DNA from: Tubiluchus corallicola
Lineage: Eukaryota; Animalia; Priapulida
DNA length: 64,000 nt
Assembly: GCA_030141605.1 (NCBI GenBank)
Contig: JAQGDQ010000884.1
Coordinates: 20,170-84,169 of the forward strand
Reading direction: 5' to 3'
Part shown: positions 12,601 through 62,500 of the stretch, piece after piece
Position numbering within the stretch: position 1 is the first letter of the stretch
Layout of the letters: each line of letters starts with the position of its first letter
The notes under the pieces: model-generated
The model's input: only the letters and a program-made list of their open reading frames with translations
Told to the model about the DNA's origin: nothing
Database searches by the model: none
Position numbers and translations under genes: made by a program

Positions 12601-15600
12601 GACATTCAAAGACTGACATTCAAAAGACTGACATTCAAAGACAGACATTCAAAGACTGACATTCAAAGACTGACATTTAAAAGACTGACATTTAAAAGAC
12701 TGACATTCAAAGACTGACATTTAAAAGACTGACATTCAAAGACTGACATTCAAAGACTGACATTCTAAATACTGACATTCAAAAGACTGACATTCTAAAT
12801 ACTGACATTCAAAGACTGACATTCTAAATACTGACATTCAAAAGACTGACATTCTAAATACTGACATTCAAAAGACTGACATTCAAAAGACTGACATTCT
12901 AAATACTGACATTCAAACGACTGACATTCTAAATACTGACATTCAAAAGACTGACATTCTAAATACTGACATTCAAAAGACTGACATTCTAAATACTGAC
13001 ATTCAAAACTGAGACTGACATTCAAAAGACTGACATTCTAAATACTGACATTCAAAAGACTGACATTCAAAAGACTGACAATCAAAAGACTGACATTCAA
13101 AAGTTTGACATTCAAAAGACTGACTTTCAAAAGATTGACATTCAAAGACTGACATTCAAAAGACTGATATTCAAAGACTGACATTTAAAAGACTGACATT
13201 CAAAGACAGACATTCAAAGACAGACATTCAAAGACTGACATTCAAAGACTGACATTTAAAAGACTGACATTTAAAAGACTGACATTCAAAGACTGACATT
13301 TAAAAGACTGACATTCAAAGACTGACATTCAAAAGATTGACATTCAAAGACTGACTTTCAAAAGACTGACATTCAAAAGACTGACATTCAAAAGACTGAC
13401 ATTCAAAGACTGACATTCAAAGACTGACATTCAAAAGATTGACATTCAAAAGATTGACATTCAAAGACTGACATTCAAAGACTGACATTCAAAGACTGAC
13501 ATTTAAAAGAGTGACATTCAAAGACTGACATTTAAAAGACTGACATTCAAAGACTGACATTCAAAGACTGACATTCAAAAGACTGACATTCAAAAGACTG
13601 ACATTCAAAGACTGACATTCAAAAGACTGACATTCAAACACTGACATTCAAATGCTGACATTCAAAGACTGACATTCAAAGACTGACATTCAAAGACTGA
13701 CATTTAAAAGACTGACATTCAAAAGACTGACATTCAAAGACTGACATTCAAAGACTGACATTAAAAGAATGACATTCAAAAGACTGACATTCAAAAGACT
13801 GACATTCAAAGACAGACATTCAAAGACTGACATTCAAAGACTGACATTTAAAAGACTGACATTCAAAAGACTGACATTCAAAGACAGACATTCAAAGATT
13901 GACATTCAAAGACTGACATTTAAAAGAGTGACATTCAAAGACTGACATTTAAAAGACTGACATTCAAAGACAGACATTCAAAGACTGACATTCAAAAGAC
14001 TGACATTCAAAAGACTGACATTCAAAGACTGACATTCAAAGACTGACATTCAAAGACTGACATTTAAAACAATGACATTTAAAAGACTGACATTTAAAAG
14101 ACTGACATTCAAAAGACTGACATTCAAAGACAGACATTCAAAGACTGACATTCAAAGATTGACATTTAAAAGAATGACATTTAAAAGACTGACATTTAAA
14201 AGACTGACATTCAAAAGACTGACATTCAAAGACAGACATTCAAAGACTGACATTCAAAGACTGACATTCAAAAGACTGACATTCAAAAGACTGACATTCA
14301 AAGACAGACATTCAAAGACTGACATTCAAAGATTGACATTTAAAAGAATGACATTCAAAAGACTGACATTCAAAAGACTGACATTCAAAGACTGACATTC
14401 AAAGACTGACATTCAAAGACTGACATTTAAAAGACTGACATTCAAAAGACTGACATTCAAAGACAGACATTCAAAGACTGACATTCAAAGACTGACATTT
14501 AAAAGAGTGACATTCAAAGACTGACATTTAAAAGACTGACATTCAAAGACAGACATTCAAAGACTGACATTCAAAAGACTGACATTCAAAAGACTGACAT
14601 TCAAAGACGGACATTCAAAGACTGACATTCAAAGACAGACATTCAAAGACTGACATTCAAAGACTGACATTTAAAAGAGTGACATTCAAAGGCTGACATT
14701 GAAAAGACTGACTGACATTCAAAGACTGACATTCAAACACTGACATTCAAATGCTGACATTCAAAGACTGACATTCAAAGACTGACATTCAAAGACTGAC
14801 ATTTAAAAGACTGACATTCAAAAGACTGACTTTCAAAGACTGACATTCAAAGACTGACATTTAAAAGAGTGACATTCAAAGACTGACATTTAAAAGACTG
14901 ACATTCAAAGACAGACATTCAAAGACTGACATTCAAAAGATTGACATTCAAAGACTGACATTCAAAATATTGACATTCAAAGACTGACATTCAAAAGATT
15001 GACATTCAAAGACTGACATTTAAAAGAGTGACATTCAAAGACTGACATTTAAAAGACTGACATTCAAAGACAGACATTCAAAGACTGACATTCAAAAGAT
15101 TGACATTCAAAGACTGACATTCAAAAGACTGACATTCAAAGACTGACATTCAAAAGATTGACATTCAAAGACTGACATTCAAAAGACTGACATTCAAAGA
15201 CTGACTTTCAAAAGACTGACATTCAAAGACTGACATTCAAAAGATTGACATTCAAAAAATTGACATTCAAAGACTGACATTCAAAGACTGACATTCAAAA
15301 GATTGACTTTCAAAACACAGAACATTTCCCTACTGTACAAGTCTATAAAACTTGCGTTCAATTACTGACGGAAGTTTCTGCACTCGTGCACTTGCAAAAA
15401 TAATTTGTTTATTTGTTTTTTGATAATAATTCCTTGTTTATAGTGACAGCACGCCGTTTATGCATCCGCTATATGAGGGGTCTTCTAGCTGAGTCACCAA
15501 TGCGCATTATCATTGGCTGTTTATTCCGAGAATCACGACCGACACTGATGAAAACCCAGTTGATATCGTCAAACTTGAATGACATTCAAATTTCACTCTC

Positions 15601-16719
15601 ATTCTTGGCACCCACTCAGTCCTTCAACTCTTGACCGTGTGGATGGCCTATAGCAGCATGATTATTTTTAGATGTCACTTGCGTATCATGAATTGAACTG
15701 GTTCTTAGTGCGATAAGCAGAAAGAGGTTCATTTTTATAAAGTAAATTTTGAAGCATGTTGTAGCAATGCAAATGGCTACACAATAATTACACAGTTATT
15801 AATTTTAATCACTTATAGTGATATTCTTTCTTCTCTATCTGATGAAATCTTAACACAATTGGTTAAAAATGGTTTCTTGAATATTGTTTAATTGTTATTT
15901 TATCAGCAAATTTGATAAACATGTGAATAAAGTAGTTTTGCATAAAGTGGAAGTTCCCACTTTAAATATCTACCTTTTATCTTAATTACATTAGCAGGGT
16001 TCCTTCAGAATTTTAAAATAAATTTCCCTGACTTTTCCCTGGCCAAATATTGATTTACCATGACCAAGATAAGCAGAAATTGTATTACCAGTAGACGTAT
16101 TCAAACATTTTTGTGTACGGACATTCATACATATACTGATATATAATGTGTCGGCATAGTTGCAGTAGTGCTAATGAAATTACACTAATCACATTAAATA
16201 AACTTTCTTAATCCATTCATTACTTTTGCACCAAAAATTGAAACTGGGAGCCTGTCCTAGCAAAATTTCATTTGAACACAAATCGCTGAAAAATAAGTTT
16301 GGAAAAATATTGGTTCACGGTGATTATCTTTGCAACCCTTTCCAATTTTCCTGAATTTTTGCCCCATTTTCATCATTTTCACTGACTTTTTACCAAATTA
16401 TCTTTTTCCCTGACTTTTCCATTGCTTTGCAGGATTTTCCTGTGTTTTCAAGGATTTTTCCTGACAATGGAAACCCTGATTAGTCATTTTCTTTTTCTGC
16501 GCCATTAACTACAAATAACAAAAGCAAGAAATAAACTATGATTAAGTTGTGATTTAAATGAATTAATATTGTCTGTCCTGCTGTTGCTTTTGATCTACCG
16601 TAGTAGTAAAACATGGCTATTGTTTGTTTAGATTGTTGACAGTAATGGGAGAAGATGATCCTGAAACGGCTCGCGTCAGGGTCGCATTTCCTGTTACTCT
16701 TCTTATGGGAAAGAAATAA
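6554..16719 (+). CDS. Class I SAM-dependent methyltransferase (Methyltransf_11-type; Tmt1/Crg1/DDB_G0268948-like), 7 coding exons, 284 aa
   Basis: join(6554..6691,7296..7380,9078..9147,9992..10214,11366..11469,12136..12282,16632..16719) = 855 nt, all GT-AG with phases consistent. Motifs: YARYRPS, motif [40 protein letters not shown]. Confidence 0.9.
7296..7380 (+). CDS. Methyltransferase coding exon 2 (SAM-binding motif I)
   Basis: tgcag|[28 protein letters not shown]|gtagt. Confidence 0.9.
8326..8882. repeat. Intronic minisatellite, ~31-33 bp (aaaacttgccaatttataattgttagggctat, with a variant unit)
   Basis: Tandem units; a degraded pocket at about 8670-8705. Confidence 0.9.
9078..9147 (+). 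CDS. Methyltransferase coding exon 3
   Basis: [24 protein letters not shown]|gtaagt. Confidence 0.85.
9992..10214 (+). CDS. Methyltransferase coding exon 4
   Basis: [27 protein letters not shown]...RVLKPGG...MQN|gtatgt. Confidence 0.9.
10255..11170. repeat. Intronic minisatellite, ~69 bp x13
   Basis: gagcatttgtattggttctgaatatcacaagtttgtgctattcaccagctggcttttacatactggtt repeated. Confidence 0.9.
11366..11469 (+). CDS. Methyltransferase coding exon 5
   Basis: ttcag|[35 protein letters not shown]|gtgag. Confidence 0.8.
12136..12282 (+). CDS. Methyltransferase coding exon 6
   Basis: ttcag|[10 protein letters not shown]...[14 protein letters not shown]...QNE|gtaaat; phase matches both neighbours. 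Confidence 0.8.
12325..15315. repeat. ~3-kb intronic satellite, 13/14-bp unit (aaagactgacattc / aaaagactgacattt)
   Basis: About 200 or more tandem units. Confidence 0.95.
15995..16478. mobile_element. Putative MITE (CAGGGT..ACCCTG termini) with a 5-bp direct flank ATTAG
   Basis: attag|cagggttcc ... ggaaaccctg|attag; subterminal tttccctgac repeats. Confidence 0.55.
16632..16719 (+). CDS. Methyltransferase terminal coding exon 7
   Basis: tttag|[28 protein letters not shown]. Confidence 0.85.
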
Positions 16720-17139
16720 TTTCCTCTGTCTGAGGTAGGAGGTACCTGCATGTATTCATAACTTATTGATAACTGATTATGTTGGTAATGCCTATCTTCC
16801 TCAAGACCTTGTTTAATTTTGATTGATTTTAAATATGTTAGTTCTATTTATGTGTAATTTTTTATTAAACGTCTCTATTTTACTCAAACAGAAAGAGTGA
16901 ACTCATAAATACTGTTGTCGTTCTAGTGAGAATCGACTCTTCTAGAGTGAAATTGTTTTAAATTATACTTTTTTTAAATTAAAGAGTCAAATTTAATAAA
17001 AGTGTTTGATTAGTTGTAATTTTTAAAACACTTGATTATTATTACCCAGTTTTTGTCTTTCTAGCAATAAAAACGAAGTAATAGATATTATGTTTTGTAG
17101 AATAGGTATATAAATTTTCTTGATCTAAATCTATATTAT

Positions 17140-17410
17140 AAACATGTTGCATTGAAACTTATTTCTTGGTTATTACTGGCATGAAACTTTATTATTTTCT
17201 GTTGCATATGGATCACGTGTCCCTGCTTTAAGTTATTAAGAATTATAACTTTTTAGTAGAAATTATATTCCGAATAATCTGTCATTTTTTTGGGAAGTTT
17301 TGCAAACTTTTGAAATGATTTTAACCCGAGTAGACAATGAAGATGCTTTCTGAGCTACGCCGACAAAGTTGGTGTCATGTACGTATAGTTGTATGTATGT
17401 ATTTTTTATA
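17140..17410. repeat. ~270-bp sequence duplicated at about 20297-20550
   Basis: ttgcattgaaac...ggatcacgtgt...ttgcaaacttttgaaatgattttaacc occurs in both, same orientation. Confidence 0.8.
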
Positions 17411-17450
17411 TGCCGTACGTAAAAGGCTTCAAATTTTGAACGAGTTTAAC

Positions 17451-19418
17451 AACTTGTACTTAACTAGAATGGAAGCACTAATGTCCTTAGATCCAGCACA
17501 TCCAACTTGTACTTAACTAGAATGGAAGCACTAATGTGCTTAGATCCAGCACATCAAACTTGTACTTAACTAGAATGGAAGCACTAATGTCCTTAGATCC
17601 AGCACATCCAACCTGTACTTAACTAGAATGGAAGCACTAATGTCCTTAGATCCAGCACATCAAACTTGTACTTAACTAGAATGGAAGCACTAATGTCCTT
17701 AGATCCAGCACATCCAACTTCTACTTAACTAGAATGGAAGCACTAATGTCCTTAGATCCAGCACATCAAACTTGTACTTAACTAGAATGGAAGCACTAAT
17801 GTCCTTAGATCCAGCACATCCAACCTGTACTTAACTAGAATGGAAGCACTAATGTCCTTAGATCCAGCACATCCAACTTGTACTTAACTAGAATGGAAGC
17901 ACTAATGTGCTTAGATCCAGCACATCCAACTTGTACTTAACTAGAATGGAAGCACTAATGTGCTTAGATCCAGCACATCCAACCTGTACTTAACTAGAAT
18001 GGAAGCACTAGTGTCCTTAGATCCAGCACATCCAACTTGTACTTAACTAGAATGGAAGCACTAATGTGCTTAGATCCAGCACATCCAACTTGTACTTAAC
18101 TAGAATGGAAGCACTAATGTGCTTAGATCCAGCACACCCAACCTGTACTTAACTAGAATGGAAGCACTAATGTGCTTAGATCCAGCACATCCAACTTGTA
18201 CTTAACTAGAATGGAAGCACTAATGTCCTTAGATCCAGCACATCCAACTTGTGCTTAACTAGAATGGAAGCACTAATGTGCTTAGATCCAGCACATCCAA
18301 CACCTGTACTTAACTAGAATGGAAGCACTAATGTGCTTAGATCCAGCACATCCAACTTGTACTTAACTAGAATGGAAGCAGTAATGTGCTTAGATCCAGC
18401 ACATCCAACTTGTACTTAACTAGAATGGAAGCACTAATGTCCTTAGATCCAGCACATCCAACTTGTACTTAACTAGAATGGAAGCACTAATGTGCTTAGA
18501 TCCAGCACATCCAACCTGTACTTAACTAGAATGGAAGCAGTAATGTGCTTAGATCCAGCACATCCAACTTGTACTTAACTAGAATGGAAGCAGTAATGTG
18601 CTTATATCCAGCACATCCAACTTGTACTTAACTAGAATGGAAGCACTAATGTCCTTAGATCCAGCACATCCAACTTGTACTTAACTAGAATGGAAGCACT
18701 AATGTGCTTAGATCCAGCACATCCAACCTGTACTTAACTAGAATGGAAGCAGTAATGTGCTTAGATCCAGCACATCCAACTTGTACTTAACTAGAATGGA
18801 AGCAGTAATGTGCTTATATCCAGCACATCCAACTTGTACTTAACTAGAATGGAAGCACTAATGTCCTTAGATCCAGCACATCCAACTTGTACTTAACTAG
18901 AATGGAAGCACTAATGTGCTTAGATCCAGCACATCCAACCTGTACTTAACTAGAATGGAAGCACTAATGTGCTTAGATCCAGCACATCCAACTTGTACTT
19001 AACTAGAATGGAAGCACTAATGTCCTTAGATCCAGCACATCCAACCTGTACTTAACTAGAATGGAAGCACTAATGTTCTTAGATCCAGCACATCCAACTT
19101 GTACTTAACTAGAATGGAAGCACTAATGTGCTTAGATCCAGCACACCCAACTTGTACTTAACTAGAATGGAAGCACTAATGTGCTTAGATCCAGCACATC
19201 CAACCTGTACTTAACTAGAATGGAAGCACTAATGTCCTTAGATCCAGCACATCCAACTTGTACTTAACTAGAATGGAAGCACTAATGTCCTTAGATCCAG
19301 CACATCCAACTTGTACTTAACTAGAATGGAAGCACTAATGTGCTTAGATCCAGCACATCCAACCTGTACTTAACTAGAATGGAAGCACTAATGTCCTTAG
19401 ATCCAGCACATCCAACTT
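17451..19418. repeat. Satellite, 53-bp unit x~37
   Basis: aacttgtacttaactagaatggaagcactaatgtscttagatccagcacatcc, highly homogeneous. Confidence 0.95.
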
Positions 19419-20946
19419 ATTTATGTTTTGTTCCAAAAGAAAATCATGGGAGGCATTTACTATTGTCCTAAATACATTTTTTTTCTAAAAATTTAAAACA
19501 CGCATTGTTGAAGCAGCTCCATTTATACACGAGAATAAAAGTAACCATAAAAATTTATAGGGCTGATCCATTTGATGGGCACAGTTCATTTAGCGGGCAT
19601 ATTTGTTGGCCATATTGAGTAAGGTTTTCTTATAGTCTGTCCAATCGTCCATAGTAGTATCTCCGTGCAAAAATTCAACCTCCTGTTATGAAAACTGTGG
19701 CCTGTTTTTAAGCCTTGGAAGGTAAATGTGACTATGCCTCACCTTCCGTGTCAAACTCCAGCCTTTCCCATAAAAGTGACTGAGAGATAAATGATTTATG
19801 TTATTTATCATACTTCATTCTGCAATCTCATTCATTATTTGTTTACTCTCTATAAGTTTATGGTTATATGAATATTCTGTTTGTGTCGGTAAGTTCTGGG
19901 AATTCTTTTTAATTTGAATAAACAAACAAAGTTAGCTGTTTTAAAAACAACAAAGTTTACCCAACTGAAAACATGTTTTTATCTGAACATTTTTGTACGT
20001 TTAGTGGAACATTGTAATTTACTTCCATAAACAGATACTAATTCTACAATAATAATAGCTAGTGCAATATTTTAGTTGTACTTTTGTACTGTGTACGTAA
20101 TTGTTTATTGTGTGTGGCTGATTGTAATATATGCTAAATTAATATGGTTATATGCATATAACTACGTATCGTACCGTCTAGCATTGTTACTATTTTGTAT
20201 CAATTATGATAATATTTTTATTGTCTATCTGTAATTTTACAGTATTTTATAAGAGTACACTATTTACAGCTTTTATTAGTCGTTGTTAAATTGTTAAACA
20301 TCTTGCATTGAAACCCATTTCTTGGTTATTGCTGTCATGAAACTGTATTTTTTCTGTTGCATATGGATCACGTGTCTCTGCTTTAAGTTATTAAGAATTA
20401 TAACTTTTTAGTAGAAATTATATTCTAAATAATCTGTCATTTCTTGGGGAAGTTTTGCAAACTTTTGAAATGATTTTAACCAGAGTAAACGTCATGTATG
20501 TATTTTTGATAGTTGGTGTATGAACGAATAGTTGTATGTATCTTTTATATATACATTAAAATGAAATGAACATAGATGAACATAATTGGTTTATGACTGC
20601 TGAATATGTGCCTATTGATCTGTCTTGTAGTTCAAGTTTGTAATGGTGTTTGTGTTATGTTCTGCATTAAAAGCAATGCAAGCATTAGCAGCAGTGCAGC
20701 AGTTTGTTCTGCATTAAAAGCAATGCAAGCATTAGCAGCAGTGCAGCAGTTTGTAGTAAGCAGAAAGTGAAAAAGTGAAATTTTTTTATTTTTAAATTCA
20801 GTAGGTCGTGTAAAATAAAAAACATTGCAGTAAAGATGTAAAAGACACATTTCTTATATACGATTCTACCTTCTGATATCACTGTGCATGATCTTTAAGT
20901 GAGCTGGAAAAAAACAAAATTTTCGTGCAGTTGCAAGGCACTAGAA

Positions 20947-21428
20947 CAGGGGTGTGCAAGTTGCGGCCCGCCGAGAGAATTTGTGCGGCCCGCGAAAAGA
21001 TTTGTCAACCTAATGAAAGTGCGGCCCGGGCGATTAATTGAGTGTATCCAGCTGAAGTCCGTGCCACGATCCCAAAGATAGTGCAGTTTTTTTTTCTACT
21101 AGATCAGATGTCATTAACCCTTACAAGATGGTTGTAGCTTAATGTCACTGTACTACACAGACTGTGTGATACACATTACTAATATGCATTGTAATGAAAT
21201 TACCACTATCTGTCCTGAAAGTAGAAATATATGGTTTGTAATATAAATTTTAATAACTTCTAAAATAGTTTCTTGAGTGTAGTAGTAATGATGTACTCAG
21301 GTCGGATGCAAAAAAAATCGTTGTTAGGCCTTTCTGTACTTGGCTCCTTGATCAAACTGCCTGTGGCCCACAGGAATTGTGGGAAAGTTTAATGTGGCCC
21401 GGCTAGTCAGATAATTTGCACACCCCTG
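20947..21428. mobile_element. hAT-family MITE
   Basis: TIR caggggtgtgcaa / ttgcacacccctg; perfect 8-bp TSD CACTAGAA; subterminal gcggccc motifs; partial copy at 44311-44597. Confidence 0.9.
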
Positions 21429-22272
21429 CACTAGAAATATTAATATTTAGGCTTTTTACATATTTTCCTATTGCATTCATGTAAACATTAAAGACAGGAA
21501 ATGATTTCACGCCTACACTGATTAAATAATGATGATAACACAAGTATACAAGACAATAAACACCTGTATGCTGACATTCAACATATTCAGTCTATCTTTT
21601 AATTACCTGAGCGGGATGTTTGAAGCAAATACCTTTTATGGCTGTTGGCGAGTTAAATATTAAATAGACAGTAGAAATTTGGAGCAGTAACGGGAAGTCG
21701 TGTTTACATTTGATTTATTACCTATAGCGAAACGAAAAGTAACTGGAATTGCTACGTCAGGTGTTTTGATACTTAGATATTTATAATGTGAAAGCAATGA
21801 CCATAAAAGGAACTGAATTTTGCCTTGCTAAACCAGAGGTAGTGTGTGCAAATGGTATTGTAGTTCAGAATATAAATGAGAGTTCTCATACTAGTTTCTG
21901 AATATGGCAGTAGCATAAGAAAAGGTAAGATATGCTTTTGTTGAGGTAAATAAACGTAGATTAAAGAAATGATTCTGGATTTGTACTCGTAGTTTTGCAT
22001 ACGATAGTATTTCCATTTTGTTAGTTTTCACTAGTGCAAACAAATTCAAAACACACAAAAGTCCTTGTCAACTAAGAGCAGAAGTTTATTTATCCAGACA
22101 TTACGTTTTTGTTTAGATACAACTGAAATATTTGCACGTATTTTTTATAAGATACAAGTGTTTAGTAGTTATATTAGTGGATTCATAACTACAGTTTTTA
22201 TTACAAATTTTTCAGAACTACACCGATCCAGTTCTAAGATCCAATCCACAACATTTACTGGAGTTCAACAAA

Positions 22273-23004
22273 ATGGTAATTATCGATACTTACGTTTAAA
22301 CCACTATAGTTTCACATAAGGAATTTTTATTGTATTAAAAATTATTTGGCTGCGTTTGTTGATAATAATCATAAAATTGAATGCGATTTTGTTTCTTATT
22401 TATAAATGGTTGCTTAATTTTTGCATTGTTTTCCTTCTAGTGGGTTAGCACACATCCAGAACCAGAAACAACTGTTCGTTCAAAACGCAAAAACTTTATG
22501 AGGTTGCTTGTTTGGTGTAGCCTATTTGGCGTCGTGTTGGGTGGTACGGCAATATCAGCTGGCTTTTGTTTCGGACAGGGGTTTCTCATAATTTGTGGCA
22601 TTGTTATCATGGGACCTGTGACTTGCGTGTTCGTCTTCATTTTACTAGTGGTGAATAAAAGCTTATTGACAGATGTGGAAAATGTTTCACCTGAGCACAA
22701 CACTTCTGAGCTGCCACCCCCTGGTTATAACGATTGCGTCATAGAACAGGTGATAACGAATGTTGTAGAAAGTGTTGACGCATCAGCACTTGATAGCGAC
22801 TCAACAAATATCCCAAACAGTGGTGCTTCGTTGACAGCAGCCGTGCATGTCAGTGACATATCAGGTGTTGGATTGGTAAAGCAACGTCCACGAGTGTTCC
22901 GTAAGGACAGGAAAAATGAGAGGGCCTCTTCTTGTTCATGTAAATCAGATGAAAGCAATCCACCTTCATATAGTTTGGTGCTTAAAAATGAGTATGTAAT
23001 TTAG
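22273..23004 (+). CDS. Uncharacterised two-TM membrane protein (~188 aa) with cytoplasmic PPxY motifs
   Basis: ATG|gtaatt (22273-22275) splices in frame to ttccttctag|22441..23004. Two hydrophobic segments (LLVWCSLFGVVLGGTAISAGFCF; FLIICGIVIMGPVTCVFVFILLVV), then LPPPGY and PPSY. Confidence 0.65.
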
Positions 23005-23249
23005 GTGGAGTAGCTTTTGTGTTTGGTATTTGTATTGAGCTTAGGTGATGTAATAATTCTATGATTTTAGAACTTTCGGCAGCTAGAAACTTTAAACTTG
23101 CAGTACATTATTAACCATTAGTCAAACAAGGTATGTGTTACGATATATGACGTATGACGTCATGATCATGTGACTGAACAACAGTGGTTGGATTAAAATG
23201 ATAAAAGCTGAATGACTTCGTTAAGCATTTCTTTTTGATTACGTTTGAG

Positions 23250-23370
23250 CATCACCCATTATTGCAACATCACTAGAGAGCATCACCCACAATCACAACA
23301 TCACTAGAGAGCATCACCCACAATCGCAACATCACTAGAGAGCATCACTCACAATCGCAACATCACTAGA
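23250..23370. repeat. Short tandem repeat, ~31 bp x4
   Basis: gagcatcacccacaatcgcaacatcactaga repeated. Confidence 0.8.
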
Positions 23371-24404
23371 AACCAAATGCTGATCATGAAAAGATTTTGT
23401 GAGATTGTTTACTAGAAAAAAGTTGGCAATTTTCAATTTTTGCTGCAGAAATTTATCTGAAATGAGAAGAGAGAGTTACTTTACATTGTTACAATTACAA
23501 CAGTTTTTACAGGGATGAGAATGGCCCCCAATGGGGTTGAGGGGCAAAGTCCCATTGTAGCCAGCAACAAATTGCAATTTTGTGTCCATAGAGCTTCTAA
23601 GCGGACTATCAAGGATACATGGACACCTAATTGTCTCAAAAACGCCTAAGTAGTGGCCACTCCTATGCAAAAGTATATAAAAACTGTCTGCAATTGACTC
23701 AAATAACTTTGCACAATTGATTCTATATTTTTATACATAGGGATATACACGTGGTCACACTGATGTACGTGATATAAACAAAGTGACGCCCTGCCAACTT
23801 GCGGTCAGCTTGTGAAATAATGTACAGGGTCCGTAAAAATTTTCTCAACGAATTTACGCGATTTAAAAAAATGGCACTACTGGTCTTCCAAAAACTCGGA
23901 ATTCCGCGTATCCACGGACTATTCTCATCCCTGTTTTTATACTGTGTTAGCTTCATAACGATATATGTCCATGAAAAAACGCGGAAAATACTTCCAGTTA
24001 TTAACTAAATTACGTTTACAGGCTATAGGTCAATGCGGTGGAAGTGTTACTGCCATTGCCATGTAGTTTAAAATAAGAGAATAGCGTTTACTAGCGTTTC
24101 CACATCAGTTGTGCAGTTTAACAGTCATTTTAAATTTTCTCAAGTGTATTCTAAAAATGATTATTATCACTTAACAACTGCTTTGTGCTAGAAGTATCCA
24201 ACGCGCCTTGCATAAGGCGGCATCAAAAGCTATCCGTATTGTATCACTCGCTTGATGTCAAGCGTTCATAATTCACAGACTTGGATGGATTTTGAGTGTT
24301 CTGCACAGTATTTTGTATAAGTGAGCTAGTGAAATTTCACTTCCCTATGATTAAAAACTCAGGTGCATATGGACTTATTTTAATTTAAAACAAGATGTGG
24401 TCAA

Positions 24405-24900
24405 GAGATCTTACAAGCTGACCTGTCTGAAATTGAGCGGTGGTGTGACAACTGGTAACGTAGTAAATGCAGCGCACTTCGTATTCGTTCTAATTCTGCA
24501 ATACCTTATTATCTGAGAGATGGTGTTATTGAAGAAAAATCAGTTGTACGTTATTTAGGTGTATTAATCTCAAACAACCTGAAGTGGAAGTCACATATGG
24601 AGCATATTATTTCTCAGGCCAATAGACGCATTGGAATGATAAAACGCTGCATTTCATCACGCAGTGCAAAAGTTATTGTACCTCTTTATAAAGCTGTAGT
24701 TAGACCAATATTTGAATATGCGTGCGTTGTTTGGTCACCACAGTATGTTACTCTTAAAAAATGCTTGAGAAAGAACTCAATGCAGATGTATTAGTCCGGC
24801 CTCTGATATTCAACCTGTCTCTGTATCTTCTCTTGAACAACGCCGTGATACTATAGATGTTATTAACTGTTATAAAGTAATTTGTGGTAGTTATATTTTG
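24405..24900 (+). mobile_element. Degenerate CR1-group LINE reverse-transcriptase C-terminal fragment
   Basis: LQADLSEIERWCDNW; VRYLGVLISNNLKWKSHMEHI...LYKAVVRPIFEYACVVWSPQ; broken by stops and frameshifts. Confidence 0.8.
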
Positions 24901-25718
24901 CGCAACAGCAATTTTTTCTAAGGCACAAAACTGTCCATAAAAACTTAAAAATAGAGTATTAAGTCAGTATATTAATGTAACTTTGGCTTGAAAAGACATT
25001 GTTTAATGGAAATTGTTCATAATTACCAGTGCTATCAAGTCATAATTATTATCGTTTTCGTTTAATAATTCAGTCTGTTCAGTCTAGCTTTTGTAGATCG
25101 ATACAAACTGGGTTTTGCTGGGTGTTGTAAATATGTTCACATTTAGAAATCTGCCATAAACAATCAAATAAATATAACGTAGCTATGCTGTTGTGCTGTT
25201 TCATATTATTTAATACCAATAATTTAAAAGTACAGTAAATACTTTACATTATTGTAAATCCACCCTGATTTAAATGTAAATCTAGCCATTTTTGAAATTT
25301 AATGCTAAACGACTCTGACAAATTTAATCCAACTCAGATTGACCTATCATTAACAAGTCAAACATAAACATATTTAAACTTTCAAGTTAAACTATCTAAC
25401 TCTGCTGACCACTGAAGGCAAAAACTGAACCAATAATAGCCATAATTTACACAACAAATATAAGAACTATGCATCACACAGCTAATAAAATACGTATGAC
25501 ATAAATAACACAAGTTGAACTTATCACATATTGAAATATGTAGCTCAAAACTTTCTACACTACAATCCACAGAGAGAGTTGACTATTTAGTAAAACCTAT
25601 AGAGCTTTATACATTAACTTGCTGATTTCATAATAATTGCTTGTTTGACTCAGTGCATAACGACGCATTTTTAGCACAATAATTTCTGCCACTGCATGTT
25701 TTTTGATACAGAAATACA

Positions 25719-62457
<36,739 letters not shown>

Positions 62458-62500
62458 CTAAGAAAGAGAAAAGGTTGACATGTTGGAAGCATTAGGCGCA

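Noticed and set aside
12795-14395. Repetitive ORFs ([10 protein letters not shown]..., TFKRLTFKR...)
   Set aside because: Translations of the 13/14-bp satellite with no coding evidence; the same applies to ORFs at 1620-1931 and 2438-3349.
17451-19418. Regular arrays (also 38351-42386, 49351-49670, 51853-52512) as CRISPR arrays
   Set aside because: Units are contiguous with no unique spacers, there are no cas genes, and the context is eukaryotic introns and intergenic DNA.
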